Shown one piece after another: positions 21,794 to 32,556 of a DNA stretch of 64,000 bases. Origin of the DNA: Candidatus Coprovivens sp. GTDB lineage: Bacteria > Bacillota_I > Bacilli_A > RF39 > UBA660. The position numbers and the translations under genes were made by a program. The number at the start of each line of letters is the position of its first letter. The stretch's first letter is position 1. The notes beneath the pieces are model-generated. The model worked only from the letters and a program-made list of their open reading frames with translations, was not told the origin of the DNA and ran no database searches. The stretch covers positions 87,181-151,180 of the forward strand of contig JBJFGS010000024.1 in the NCBI GenBank assembly GCA_051892935.1, written 5' to 3'.

Positions 21794-23176
21794 ATGAGAA
21801 AGTTATTAAAACCTTTTATTTTGATTTTATTTTTTTTATTATTAGTTACTATTATAGGATTAATTATATATGCTAATTATAACGTTGCTCCTTATATAAC
21901 TAATATTGAAATTAATGATAGTAAACGATTTGAAGATCAAGTTATTTTTAATATTGAGGTGGGAAATTATTTTTATAAATTGAATAAGGATACTTGGTGT
22001 TTAGTAACATTAGATGAAGATACTCCAGATGTTAATGATAATAATTGGAAAAAATCTTCACAAGGTTATTGTAGTTTTACGGTTAAAAGCGGTGATTATC
22101 ACATATATGTTAAAGATAGTTATGGTAATGTAACAGATGTTAGAAAACAAAGTGTTAAAATAGATAAGTTACTTGATATAAAAATGAATAAAGAGATTAT
22201 TTATTTATATAAAGGAGGAAATGAAACTCTTTCTTATGAACTGGTTACTATTGGTTCTTATGAAGAAGATATTGTTTGGAAATCAGATAATGAAAATGTT
22301 GCAACTGTTGATAATAATGGTAAGGTAGTTGGTATAAACTATGGTACAACTTATATCAATGTTATTAGTGATAGGGGAATTATTGGGAAAACAAAGGTTG
22401 TTGTTAGTAGTTTTATTACAAAACCAGTTATAAATAAGAATAAGAGCTATATAAGTTGTAAACAATTTTCTAAAGAAGAAGCTGATATGATTGATCAAAT
22501 TTTATTTGATAGAGTTGATAGTGCTGGATATGGTACGAGGGCTGGTGTTGTAGAAGCGGCAAGATTCTTGACTTTAGAATTTGCTTATAGAATTCATTAT
22601 TTTTATGAAAATGGTCGTCTTAATAATTATTCTCCTTTTAAACATGTTGATGGTGAAGGAAGATACTATCATAGAGGGTTATATTTAAATGAATCTAAAT
22701 TTAGTGAAATTAGTGCTTCTTTTGTAGGACCAGTTATTTGGGGATGTGATTTACAAAATTATACTAACTGGGGACCATATAAAATTGGTAATTATTATCC
22801 AAATGGTTTAGATTGTTCTGGTTTTGTAACATGGGCTTTATTAAATGGAGGATTTGATGTTGGAGATATAGGTGCTGGAGCAAATGCGGACCATGATGAT
22901 TTAGATGATCTTGGTACTAAAGTAACTATTACAAATGAATTAATGAGTTCTGGTAAGGTCAAAGTTGGGGATTTGATTGGTCTTAATGGACATATGGCTA
23001 TTTTGGCAGGATGGGATGATGATAATTATTATATAGCAGAGTCTTTAAATACTACTGGTGGTGTTGTTATGACTACTGTTCCTAGAAATAAATTAGTAGG
23101 TAATAGTATTTATAAATATATAATACTTATGGATAGTGTTTATAAGGAAGATGGAAATTATAGTGATATGTGGTAA
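21794..23176 (+). CDS. Membrane-anchored Ig-like (Big_2) plus NlpC/P60-like peptidoglycan endopeptidase
   Basis: N-terminal TM segment; WKSDNENVATVDNNGKVVG Ig repeat; GLDCSGFVTWA...GHMAI catalytic Cys/His. Confidence 0.75.
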   Translation: MRKLLKPFILILFFLLLVTIIGLIIYANYNVAPYITNIEINDSKRFEDQVIFNIEVGNYFYKLNKDTWCLVTLDEDTPDVNDNNWKKSSQGYCSFTVKSGDYHIYVKDSYGNVTDVRKQSVKIDKLLDIKMNKEIIYLYKGGNETLSYELVTIGSYEEDIVWKSDNENVATVDNNGKVVGINYGTTYINVISDRGIIGKTKVVVSSFITKPVINKNKSYISCKQFSKEEADMIDQILFDRVDSAGYGTRAGVVEAARFLTLEFAYRIHYFYENGRLNNYSPFKHVDGEGRYYHRGLYLNESKFSEISASFVGPVIWGCDLQNYTNWGPYKIGNYYPNGLDCSGFVTWALLNGGFDVGDIGAGANADHDDLDDLGTKVTITNELMSSGKVKVGDLIGLNGHMAILAGWDDDNYYIAESLNTTGGVVMTTVPRNKLVGNSIYKYIILMDSVYKEDGNYSDMW

Positions 23177-23209
23177 AAAAACTATAAGTGATTGAGACTT
23201 ATAGTTTTT
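23177..23209. terminator. Bidirectional intrinsic terminator
   Basis: aaaaactataagt...acttatagttttt between convergent genes. Confidence 0.75.
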
Positions 23210-24140
23210 ATTTGTTATTCTTTTCTTTATGTTTTTCTACTAGTTTTTTTACTTTTATAAAATAATGATTAATACCTGATTTACCTATTTGACGACCTGT
23301 TTCTTGACTTATGATATCTGCTAACTCTTGTAGTGAAGTTTCAGGATAAGCTTCACGATATTTGATTGCTTCTTGAACATTTTCATCAAGTAAACCTATT
23401 AAATCATTATCTTTTATGTATTTAATGTCTTCTAATTGTTTTAGACCTGTTTTTAAAATTTTTTCTTGGTTAGCAATTTCACAATTATTTAATCTATTAA
23501 CCATATTTTTATGATCACGATATATTCTAATATCTTCAAAATAGAAAAAACAATTGGTTGCTCCTAATAATCTTATTAAATCACTTATCATTTCAGCACT
23601 TTTAATATAAGTCATATAATGATTATTTCTTTTTAAGACTTTAGATATAATATTAAATTCTTTTAAAATATTAGATAAATAAAGACCTTCTTTTTTCATT
23701 GTTGAAGTGAATTCTAGATGATATCCAGCGGTGCTAGGATCATTTATACTACCACAAGCAAGGAATGTTCCTTTTAGAAAAGCAATTTTTTCTTCTTCAC
23801 TACTTAAGAAATATTCTTCTGGTAGTATTCTTTTCCCGTTTTTCATTATATTTAATGTTTCTAAGATTGTTTCTATTTTTTCTGTTATTTCTAATATATA
23901 TATTTGTTTTACACGAAAACGTTTTTGATTACGGATAGTAATTTTTATATTTATACCAAAATTGTTTTTAATGTCTTTATAGATACGTCTTGCTACTGAG
24001 GCATTTTCCATTACTAGGGTTATTTTATTTTTTTTTATTTGACCGGCATAGTTTATAAAGGCAGATAGTTCTACTAGAGATTCAATTTGACCTATTTCAT
24101 TTTTTGTAATTTCTTCTTTAAGTCTAGTAGTAAATGTCAT
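23208..24140 (-). CDS. whiA: DNA-binding protein WhiA
   Basis: GTFLACGSINDP, YHLEF, VNRLNNCEIAN, KSGINH. Confidence 0.95.
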   Translation of the reverse strand: MTFTTRLKEEITKNEIGQIESLVELSAFINYAGQIKKNKITLVMENASVARRIYKDIKNNFGINIKITIRNQKRFRVKQIYILEITEKIETILETLNIMKNGKRILPEEYFLSSEEEKIAFLKGTFLACGSINDPSTAGYHLEFTSTMKKEGLYLSNILKEFNIISKVLKRNNHYMTYIKSAEMISDLIRLLGATNCFFYFEDIRIYRDHKNMVNRLNNCEIANQEKILKTGLKQLEDIKYIKDNDLIGLLDENVQEAIKYREAYPETSLQELADIISQETGRQIGKSGINHYFIKVKKLVEKHKEKNNK

Positions 24141-24141
24141 A

Positions 24142-25089
24142 TTATTCACCTTCCATTAGATATGAGAATATTAGATAAGCTGTTTTTAGGGAATCATGTC
24201 TTACATATCCTTCTTCAACTTTAAATAGTTTTTCAGCTATAACATGAATACCTTTTTTTTCTAATTTTTCATAATCTATTTCTACTGGATCTTTTCCTTC
24301 TGATTTAGCTAGTAAAGTCATATTATTGGGAATTGGTGAATTATTGGCAATTACTACGTCAATTGTTTTTCTACCTAAATATTTTTCTAATACCTTAATA
24401 TGATCACTTACTTTAAAGTTATCAGTTTCACCCGGTTGTGTAAGCATGTTGCATATATACATTTTCTTCGCTTTTGAGTTATTTATAGCTTCTTGTATTT
24501 CAGGAACGATAATATGAGGCATTATACTTGTTAATAAGGATCCCGAACTAAATATTATTAAGTCTGCTTTTTTTATTTCTTCTAGTACTTTATGAGTAAC
24601 TTTGATTTTTTTACTATATTTTAAATCTTTTATTTTGCGTTTAGATTCAGTTATTTCGGCTTCACCTATTATTTCGTATCCTTCTTTTGTAACACCTATT
24701 AAATCTACATTGTCTTCTGTTAGAGGTAATAGTTTTCCTTTAACATCTAGTAAATCACATAATATTGGAAGAGAATGAGCAAAATCGCCTTTCATTTCAA
24801 GAAGAGCTGTCATTATTAAATTTTTAATAGAGTGGTTCCCAATACTACTATCTTTTTGGAAACGATAATTAAATAACTCTTTTACATCCTTTGATTCTGT
24901 AGACATAGCCATTAGAACTTTGGTTATATCACCTACTGCAGGTATGGCAAATTCTTCTCTTAATCTTCCAGTGCTAGCGCCATTGTCTGATACACTTACA
25001 ACAGCTGTAACATCCATTGGAAATTGAATTATTCCTTTTAGTAATTGAGATAGTCCACTACCTCCACCAAATATAACTACTTTTCTCAT
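24142..25089 (-). CDS. yvcK: YvcK/GlmR (CofD-related UDP-GlcNAc-binding) protein
   Basis: GGGSGL, DNGASTGRLR, NMLTQPGET, RHDS. Confidence 0.9.
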   Translation of the reverse strand: MRKVVIFGGGSGLSQLLKGIIQFPMDVTAVVSVSDNGASTGRLREEFAIPAVGDITKVLMAMSTESKDVKELFNYRFQKDSSIGNHSIKNLIMTALLEMKGDFAHSLPILCDLLDVKGKLLPLTEDNVDLIGVTKEGYEIIGEAEITESKRKIKDLKYSKKIKVTHKVLEEIKKADLIIFSSGSLLTSIMPHIIVPEIQEAINNSKAKKMYICNMLTQPGETDNFKVSDHIKVLEKYLGRKTIDVVIANNSPIPNNMTLLAKSEGKDPVEIDYEKLEKKGIHVIAEKLFKVEEGYVRHDSLKTAYLIFSYLMEGE

Positions 25090-25171
25090 TTCTATCACTC
25101 CGTTTATTTAATATAATATCACAAATCTTTTATTGTTAAAATAGACAATAAAAAAGAAGCTATATGCTTCT

Positions 25172-26380
25172 TTAACCTCTTGTTGTCCAGGTCCATCCTT
25201 TTTGGCTCTTTATTCCTGATATTGATTGAACTGATGTAGCTGTTGTATTAGCTTTAAATTGACTCCAGTTATCTCTACCACTTTTTGAGAACCAATGGCC
25301 ATAGGAAATAGCATAATGGAGGTGAGCTCCAAATGTACATTTATCATAGCTACCAGATAGATAGTATGATGTTGAGTATCCTCCTACTGTTCCAATTATT
25401 TGACCTTTTTTTATTGTTTGGCCCGTTGATACTTTTATGGATAATAAATGGGCCATTTCTATAGTATATTTTTTACCATCTACTACACTATGCATATATA
25501 CGATGTTTCCACCGCAGCTTGATCTAACTGCGACATAAATAACTGAACCACTTGCTGGAGCATATACTGGTGTTCCTTCAGAATTTCCACCTAAGTCAAT
25601 TCCACCATGTGTTTTACTATATGCTTGTGTAACTTTTCCTTTTGTTAATGGTCTTGAAAATGATCCTGATCCTTCCAACTTAGCATAGTAACATTCATCT
25701 ATATCATCATTATCTTTACATCCTGCTGCTTCATACATTTTTATTAATCCTTGTTGGACTTTTATTTGGTCGGCATAACTTAAACCGATACTTGCTTGTT
25801 TATCAACATATTCATGTAATTCATCTAATTGACGCTCGTATTCTGTTATTGATTGTGACAATACGACATTGTCGTTTGCTAATTTTTCTTGAAGTGCTTC
25901 ATTATCTTTTACTAATTTATTCAAATCATCAAGTTCACTTTGTGTGTGATTAGCTATTTGTTCAATTATAGCTTGTCGTTCCATCATTTCTGAAATTGAA
26001 GATGATGAGAAGATGAAATCTGTGTATACTTCATCTTTATTTATTTGTGTATATTGAAGAACTTTTATGACATCTTTTAATTCTTCTGTTTTAATTTTTA
26101 TTTGTTCTTGGCTATCTGCTACTAAAGTTTTCGACTCTTCTACTTTTTGTTCATTTAACAATATTGTATTATTGGCATTTTTTAAAGCTTGAGCTTTTTT
26201 TTCAATATTTCGTTCAGCCTCAGCAGTAAGAGCATCACTTTCGGCTTTTTGACTTTCTAGTTCTGCAACTTTATTCTTATAATACTTTAGAGTTTCAGCT
26301 TTTACTTCTGGAATTGTTGGTACAATTGACACAAATAGAAATAAAACTAAAACTATGATATTAACTACTTTTTTCATCAT
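25172..26380 (-). CDS. Secreted coiled-coil M23 peptidase (FtsEX-associated hydrolase)
   Basis: Signal peptide, long coiled coil, HGGID and HLH motifs; follows ftsX. Confidence 0.85.
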   Translation of the reverse strand: MMKKVVNIIVLVLFLFVSIVPTIPEVKAETLKYYKNKVAELESQKAESDALTAEAERNIEKKAQALKNANNTILLNEQKVEESKTLVADSQEQIKIKTEELKDVIKVLQYTQINKDEVYTDFIFSSSSISEMMERQAIIEQIANHTQSELDDLNKLVKDNEALQEKLANDNVVLSQSITEYERQLDELHEYVDKQASIGLSYADQIKVQQGLIKMYEAAGCKDNDDIDECYYAKLEGSGSFSRPLTKGKVTQAYSKTHGGIDLGGNSEGTPVYAPASGSVIYVAVRSSCGGNIVYMHSVVDGKKYTIEMAHLLSIKVSTGQTIKKGQIIGTVGGYSTSYYLSGSYDKCTFGAHLHYAISYGHWFSKSGRDNWSQFKANTTATSVQSISGIKSQKGWTWTTRG

Positions 26381-27291
26381 ATTTTCAAATGCTTTCTAAC
26401 TGTAGTGTAACTTCCTACAATACCTACGACTACACCAATTATTAATAATATACTAGAAACAAACAGAGTAAATGGCAAAGGTTCTAACATTTTTATAAAA
26501 TTAGTAAATAAATATCCTTCAAGTTTATCATATGTTATTATATACCCCCAAATAGTTATTACTATAGGAATAATTGAACCTATGATACCTAGGAATAAAC
26601 CTTCTATAACAAATGGTAATTTTATAACAAAATTACTAATACCAACAAGTCTCATTATTTCTATTTCATTTTTTCTGGCAAATATTGTTAGTTTAATGGT
26701 GTTACATATTAAGAAAATTGTTACTGCTATTAATCCTAGAATAATGATAATTGTAACTTTGGTAATTACATCAAATACCGGAACCATTTTTTCTACTACT
26801 GATTCGCTGTACTGAACATTTGTAATGTTTTCAATTTTTTTTATCGATTCTGCTGTTTCTGATAGCTTTTCAACATCTTTTACCGTAATAATAAATTCTG
26901 ATTCTAAAGGATTTGTTTCTTCTGTCCACGAATTCATTATTGAATAAAGTGAAGAATTTTCATCTGTATTTTTCATTGTTTCTTTTTTTATTGTTTCTTT
27001 ATCTTTATATTGTAATTCATCACTTTTTATATTTTTTATTTCTAATAATCTGCTTTTTATTGAACTTACTTCATCTTCTGTTGCTTCTTTATCAACATAA
27101 GCTATTATTGTTAAAGTACCTTCAAGATTTTTAGTAAAGTTGTTTATATTAGCTGATACTAGTATAGCTATAGCAACTATTATTAAAGTTATTGTTGTAC
27201 AAGTTATTGAAGCTACACTTAAACTAAAGTTACGGAAGATACTTTTGATAGCACTTATAATGTTTCTTCTAAAAATCCTAATCCCTTTCAT
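26377..27291 (-). CDS. ftsX: Cell division permease FtsX
   Basis: NTIKLTIFARKNEIEIMRLVG, PFVIEG; four TM segments. Confidence 0.95.
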   Translation of the reverse strand: MKGIRIFRRNIISAIKSIFRNFSLSVASITCTTITLIIVAIAILVSANINNFTKNLEGTLTIIAYVDKEATEDEVSSIKSRLLEIKNIKSDELQYKDKETIKKETMKNTDENSSLYSIMNSWTEETNPLESEFIITVKDVEKLSETAESIKKIENITNVQYSESVVEKMVPVFDVITKVTIIIILGLIAVTIFLICNTIKLTIFARKNEIEIMRLVGISNFVIKLPFVIEGLFLGIIGSIIPIVITIWGYIITYDKLEGYLFTNFIKMLEPLPFTLFVSSILLIIGVVVGIVGSYTTVRKHLKI

Positions 27292-27979
27292 CAGCTGTAT
27301 AACTTCCTTTCTTTGTGTCACTTGTTAATACTCCATTTTCAAGAGTAATAACCCTTTTCTTCATGGAATTAACAATTTCTTTATCATGAGTAACCATTAT
27401 AACGGTTGTTCCCATATCTTTATTAATATTATTAATTACTTTTATAATTTCTTTGGAAGTTTTAGGGTCTAAGTTTCCAGTCGGCTCATCACAGATTAAT
27501 AATTTTGGTTCATTGACAATTGCTCTTGCAATACATACTCGTTGTTGTTCTCCTCCAGATAATTCATTTGGAAAGCTTCTTGTTTTTTCTTTTAATCCAA
27601 CACGATCAAGAGCTTTTATTACTCTAGTTTTTATTTCATTTCCTTTCATACCGATATTATCTAAACCAAAAGCAACATTTTCATATACAGTTAATTTTGG
27701 TAATAGTTTGAAGTCTTGAAATACTATTCCTAGTTTTCTACGTAATTTATATACTTTACTATTGTATAATTTAGCTACATTTATTCCACCAACCATTACT
27801 TGTCCTTTAGTTGGTTTTTCTTCTCTATATAATAATTTAATAAGTGTTGATTTACCACACCCTGAGGCTCCTGTTACGAAGACAAATTCTCCTTTATCAA
27901 TAGATAATGTTAGATTTGCAATGGCAGTTACGCCATTTTTGTAAACTTTATAGCAATTTTTTATATCTATAAATTTCAT
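27278..27979 (-). CDS. ftsE: Cell division ATP-binding protein FtsE
   Basis: GASGCGKST, VFQDFKLL, LSGGEQQR, DEPTGNLD. Confidence 0.96.
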   Translation of the reverse strand: MKFIDIKNCYKVYKNGVTAIANLTLSIDKGEFVFVTGASGCGKSTLIKLLYREEKPTKGQVMVGGINVAKLYNSKVYKLRRKLGIVFQDFKLLPKLTVYENVAFGLDNIGMKGNEIKTRVIKALDRVGLKEKTRSFPNELSGGEQQRVCIARAIVNEPKLLICDEPTGNLDPKTSKEIIKVINNINKDMGTTVIMVTHDKEIVNSMKKRVITLENGVLTSDTKKGSYTADERD

Positions 27980-28036
27980 TCTACACCACCTTACTACATA
28001 ATTATAGCAAAAAATCAAGTATTAAAAAACCCCCCA

Positions 28037-28933
28037 TCAAAGGAATGGAAAGGTTTCTTTACGTTTTCCGCCGTAAACTTCATAGCAATCTGTTATTATT
28101 ATAAATGCTTCTGGATCTATTTGTTGAACAACATTTTTAAACATATAGTAATCTTTGGTGTTTAAGACACACATTATTACATCTCTTTTGTTTTTAGTAT
28201 ATCCACCTTCAGCTTTTAATAATGTATAACCTGTTTTCATAGTGTTTATTAGTCCTTTTATTTCATCAGGTTTGTTAGTTGTTATATAGAATACTTTACT
28301 ATTAGATATTCCTAGCATTATTTTATCTACTATTACACTATTGATGACAATGATTATTATTCCGTATATAGCTTTGTTAATTCCAAAGACAAAAGCTCCC
28401 ATGATTATTATTGCAATATTGCTAATAAAAAGAGCTATACCAGAAGAAATACTTAAATATTTATTTAGTATTTGCATTATGATATCAGAGCCACCAGTTG
28501 AATATCCCATTTTATATACTAGACCACTCCCTAAGCCATATAATAAGCCACATATTAAAGCAATTATTAACATACTATCAAATTCTAAATTGGTGGCTAT
28601 ATTAGCACATGGTATTGATGTTATAGATATAAATAATGGATATAATAAAGAACCAATTATTGTCATTCCAGTAGTTTTTGTTCCTAACAATATAAAACTA
28701 AATATTAATAAAAATAGTTCTACTATAAATATGAATAAGGCTGGAGATATGTTGAATAGCTCATTTATGATAATAGCTAATCCACTAGTTCCACCTGTTA
28801 CTATTTCATAATGTAAAAGAAAAGTATTATATGTAATAGCCATTATAAATACGCCTATTATCATAATAAGAAGACGAGGCCAAAAGTTTTTTGATTGAAC
28901 AATGTCTATTAACTCTCTATAATCAAATTTCAT
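28037..28933 (-). CDS. YitT family membrane protein
   Basis: GGTSGLA, STGGSDI, IDPEAFI, EVYG. Confidence 0.88.
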   Translation of the reverse strand: MKFDYRELIDIVQSKNFWPRLLIMIIGVFIMAITYNTFLLHYEIVTGGTSGLAIIINELFNISPALFIFIVELFLLIFSFILLGTKTTGMTIIGSLLYPLFISITSIPCANIATNLEFDSMLIIALICGLLYGLGSGLVYKMGYSTGGSDIIMQILNKYLSISSGIALFISNIAIIIMGAFVFGINKAIYGIIIIVINSVIVDKIMLGISNSKVFYITTNKPDEIKGLINTMKTGYTLLKAEGGYTKNKRDVIMCVLNTKDYYMFKNVVQQIDPEAFIIITDCYEVYGGKRKETFPFL

Positions 28934-29006
28934 ATTATTCACCTATTATGAATTATACTATAAAATGTATTTTTTGCATATATTGATAATGAGGTGAATA
29001 TTTGTA

Positions 29007-29369
29007 ATGAATGGTAATTTTTATAAGAATCCCACTTTTCCTACTCTAGATAATAAACAGAGTGATGATAATAGTTTTGAAAGTGGTTATAAAGCAGGAC
29101 AATTAGCAGATATTTCTATGCAACAAAGTTATATTGAAAATATATTAAGACATAATAAAGGCAAAAAAGTTAGAGCATATGTTAGTTTTCCTGATTCTGA
29201 AGAGTGGAGAGACAGAGTTTTTGAAGGAACAATTGAACAGGCTGGTAGAGATCATTTAATAATTAGGGATCCTAAAGATGATCATTGGTATTTAATTCTT
29301 ATGATTTATTTAAACTATGTTGAATTTGATGAAAAAATAGCTTATAGTGATCCAAATATTTTTGATTAA
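29007..29369 (+). CDS. gerQ: Spore coat protein GerQ
   Basis: QSYIENILR.NKGK, IEQAGRDHLII.DP, YLNYVEFDE. Confidence 0.9.
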   Translation: MNGNFYKNPTFPTLDNKQSDDNSFESGYKAGQLADISMQQSYIENILRHNKGKKVRAYVSFPDSEEWRDRVFEGTIEQAGRDHLIIRDPKDDHWYLILMIYLNYVEFDEKIAYSDPNIFD

Positions 29370-29421
29370 TTTTATTGACAATATAAATTGATTTATATAT
29401 CATTATAATGGTGAATATTAA

Positions 29422-29778
29422 GTGAAAAATATAAAGAAAAAAAATAGTAATTATGTTTTAGGTAATGTTATTTCTTTATCTTTAGGATTAAGTGGAATGC
29501 TTTATATCTTTTACAATGCAATAATTTCTATAGCAAGTATTGGTGTAAAACTTAATGAAGAAGAAATAGCTGTTATTAATACAAAGGATGTTATTGTAAA
29601 TGCCTTCAAATGGATAGCAATTGATTCAATTATTGCTATAGTACTATTTTTGATTTTTTCTGGAATCAATTATTATTTGGTAAAGAAGGAAAGAACTGGG
29701 TTATTAAAGGTATTTGTTATTTTTTCTATAGTAATTTTAACTTTCTGTATTATTAAAGCTATTATAATGTGTATATAA
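29422..29778 (+). CDS. Hypothetical membrane protein (3 TM)
   Basis: Three hydrophobic segments; TTGACA and TATAAT elements upstream. Confidence 0.65.
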   Translation: MKNIKKKNSNYVLGNVISLSLGLSGMLYIFYNAIISIASIGVKLNEEEIAVINTKDVIVNAFKWIAIDSIIAIVLFLIFSGINYYLVKKERTGLLKVFVIFSIVILTFCIIKAIIMCI

Positions 29779-29801
29779 AAAGGTCTCTTTGAGATCTTTT
29801 T

Positions 29802-30302
29802 CTAATTATAATACATGTCAAAATATTTTTTTTCTTTTCCAAGAAGTGTTGATGGACCATGACCAGGATATATTATAATGTCATCTGAATACTGTTTAAA
29901 AACTTTTAAACTATTTTTCATATCGTTATCACTGCCACCTAAATCTGTTCTTCCTATACTTTTATAGAATATAAAATCACCGGTGAACATTGTTTTTTCT
30001 TCTTTAAAATAAAAAGTTTTAGAATCGAATGTATGACCAGGTGTTTCAATTATCTCATAATTAAAGTTTTCATATGTACTTTTATTTACTTCAATATTAT
30101 AAAAACTCAATACTTCTTCTAGTGCCCCTATGTGATCTGGATGAAAATGAGTTACTAAACAACCCATTACTCTTCTATTGCCTATTGCTTTTTTTATCTT
30201 AGTGAATTCATCGCCTGGATCAATTATTAAACATTCGTTTTCTTTTGATAATATATAACAATTTGTTTCAAGATCTCCAACAATTATTTTTTCAATATTC
30301 AT
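29802..30302 (-). CDS. Metallo-beta-lactamase-fold hydrolase (glyoxalase II-like)
   Basis: THFHPDHIG, TPGHT, FTGD, YPGHG. Confidence 0.9.
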   Translation of the reverse strand: MNIEKIIVGDLETNCYILSKENECLIIDPGDEFTKIKKAIGNRRVMGCLVTHFHPDHIGALEEVLSFYNIEVNKSTYENFNYEIIETPGHTFDSKTFYFKEEKTMFTGDFIFYKSIGRTDLGGSDNDMKNSLKVFKQYSDDIIIYPGHGPSTLLGKEKKYFDMYYN

Positions 30303-30390
30303 TTTAATCACCTGTTTACATTTTATTATAAATATATTCTTTTGTAAATTTAATAATATGCTATAATTTAAGTAGAATAGAGGTTATATT

Positions 30391-30936
30391 ATGGTTATAC
30401 TATATAGTTTTTTATTTATTATTATAATTATTGGTGCTATTGGTATTCTTTATGTTTATCAATATAATAAATTACAACATTCTAAAACCAAAATTGATCA
30501 TGCAGAATGTTTAATTGATGAAGCGCTTAGAAATAAATATGATATTTTAGTAGCTGCTGATAAGTTAATTAAAGCTGAAATAGGAAATGAAAAGACTTAT
30601 TTTAAAGGGTTAGACAAAGTAAAAAATGAAAATATCAGTAATTTTGATTTGGATAGAAAATTAACTGAATATATTAATATATTAGAGCAGATAAAATTAG
30701 ATTATCCTGATTTAAGTAATAATAAAGGATTTAAAGATATATTATCAGATAATAAAAAGGTTAGTGAAAAATTACAAGCAGCTAAGTCATATTATAACAA
30801 GTATACTAGTGAATTAAATGATTTGGTTAGAACTTTCCCTTCTAATATTGTCTCAAGACTTCATAGAATTGATATAAAGCCTTTCTTTGATGGAAAGAAT
30901 ATGGAAGATGAAATTGTTGATGATTTTAAATTATAA
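30391..30936 (+). CDS. lemA: LemA family protein
   Basis: N-terminal TM segment, YPDL, YYN....N..V..FPSNIV. Confidence 0.8.
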   Translation: MVILYSFLFIIIIIGAIGILYVYQYNKLQHSKTKIDHAECLIDEALRNKYDILVAADKLIKAEIGNEKTYFKGLDKVKNENISNFDLDRKLTEYINILEQIKLDYPDLSNNKGFKDILSDNKKVSEKLQAAKSYYNKYTSELNDLVRTFPSNIVSRLHRIDIKPFFDGKNMEDEIVDDFKL

Positions 30937-30965
30937 AATATAAACTTCTACTAAGTAGAAGTTTT

Positions 30966-31628
30966 TTAATTAAGATTCCAATCAATTTCTTTTATGTTTT
31001 TGGATTTTAAAAAATTATTTGTTTTAGAAAATGGTCTACTGCCAAAGAAGCCATTTCTTGCTGAAAATGGTGATGGATGTGGAGATGTTATTATAAGATG
31101 GTTAGGATTTGTTATGTATTTTGCTTTTTCTTTAGCAAAGTTACCCCATAATATAAATACTACTGGTTCTTCTTTTTGATTAAGAATTTTTATTATATAA
31201 TCTGTTAGTAATTCCCAACCGAGGTTTCTATGAGAAGCAGGTTTATCTTTTTCTACTGTTAAAACTGCATTTAACATTAGTACTCCTTCTCTTCCCCATT
31301 TTGTAAGATCTCCTTTGGATGCTATAGGTATACCTAAATCATCTTTTAGTTCTTTATATATATTTTGTAATGATGGAGGTATTTTTATCCCTTCTTGAAC
31401 AGAAAAAGATAAGCCATGAGCTTCTCCTTCACCATGATATGGATCTTGACCTACTATAACAACTTTTGTATTTGAATATGGTGTTAGTTTTAAAGCATTA
31501 AATATATAGTCTTTTGGAGGAAAGATAGTTTTAGTTTTATATTCATTTTCTATTATTTTATAAAACTTTTTAAATCCTTCACTCTCCCAAATTATTTTTA
31601 ACTTATTATCCCAATCATTCCCTATCAT
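30966..31628 (-). CDS. ung: Uracil-DNA glycosylase
   Basis: GQDPYH, PPSLQN, LNAVLT, HPSPFS. Confidence 0.97.
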   Translation of the reverse strand: MIGNDWDNKLKIIWESEGFKKFYKIIENEYKTKTIFPPKDYIFNALKLTPYSNTKVVIVGQDPYHGEGEAHGLSFSVQEGIKIPPSLQNIYKELKDDLGIPIASKGDLTKWGREGVLMLNAVLTVEKDKPASHRNLGWELLTDYIIKILNQKEEPVVFILWGNFAKEKAKYITNPNHLIITSPHPSPFSARNGFFGSRPFSKTNNFLKSKNIKEIDWNLN

Positions 31629-31683
31629 ATAGTTCACCTTCATTTAATACTTTAACATATTTTAGATAAAATAAAAATAATCT

Positions 31684-32016
31684 TTAGAGATTATTTTGTT
31701 TAGTCTTTTCATCAGGAATTAATTCAGGAAAGTATTTCATAATTATTCTTCCAACATTTTCTACTTGCATCATTTTTATGATACGATATTCGGTTTTCCC
31801 GTAGCCATTACGTAGTTTTAAAAAGAATTCTGTATCATTTAATCTTTCCATTGTCATTCGTAGTTTTAATTCAGGTATGTATTCAGGATTTAGATATAGC
31901 ATCTCGGCAAATTTAGTTGTATACAAATATCTATTACAAGTATACATATTTTCATTAACTACTCTTTTATCATCTCTTAGGTATAACCACAATTTTTCTG
32001 GTCCTGTAATATTCAT
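31684..32016 (-). CDS. Hypothetical protein
   Basis: 110-aa ORF with RBS agagggga. Confidence 0.65.
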   Translation of the reverse strand: MNITGPEKLWLYLRDDKRVVNENMYTCNRYLYTTKFAEMLYLNPEYIPELKLRMTMERLNDTEFFLKLRNGYGKTEYRIIKMMQVENVGRIIMKYFPELIPDEKTKQNNL

Positions 32017-32087
32017 ATATATCCCCTCTTTTGTGTTTGGTATTATATATCAAATAAATTTAAAATACAAGTTGTTATTAGTAAACT

Positions 32088-32114
32088 AAAAGAGTAGTTT
32101 TAACTACTCTTTTA
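32088..32114 (-). terminator. Intrinsic terminator after rlmH
   Basis: taaaagagtagtt...aactactctttta hairpin. Confidence 0.7.
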
Positions 32115-32118
32115 ATTT

Positions 32119-32556
32119 TTACTTATGATATGTTTCATTATTTAATATTTTAAATGAACGATATATTTGTTCTAAAAGAATGCCTCTGAATAGTCCATGA
32201 GGAAATGTTAATTTAGAGAAAGATAAACGGTAGTTGGCTCTTTTTTTGATATTTTGATGTAGACCATTAGAACTTCCTATTATAAAAGTTATAGTTCCAT
32301 GACTTAAGAAAGTATTATCTATCTTTTTAGCTAGAGATACTGAGTCTGGATTTTCACCATCTATATCTAGAGCAATTACATAATCTTGGTTGTTGATAAG
32401 TTTGAAGATATCAACAGATTCTTTTTCTAAGTCATTAGTATCGTTTAATTCAATTATTTCTATTTTATGATATTTAGATATTCTTTTTTTATAATCATCT
32501 ATTAGTTTATTTAGGTAATCTTCTTTTATTTTACCAAGACATATTATTTTTATCAT
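32119..32556 (-). CDS. rlmH: 23S rRNA pseudouridine-1915 N3-methyltransferase
   Basis: FIIGSSNG, LSFSKLTFPH, LEQIYR, YHK. Confidence 0.95.
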   Translation of the reverse strand: MIKIICLGKIKEDYLNKLIDDYKKRISKYHKIEIIELNDTNDLEKESVDIFKLINNQDYVIALDIDGENPDSVSLAKKIDNTFLSHGTITFIIGSSNGLHQNIKKRANYRLSFSKLTFPHGLFRGILLEQIYRSFKILNNETYHK

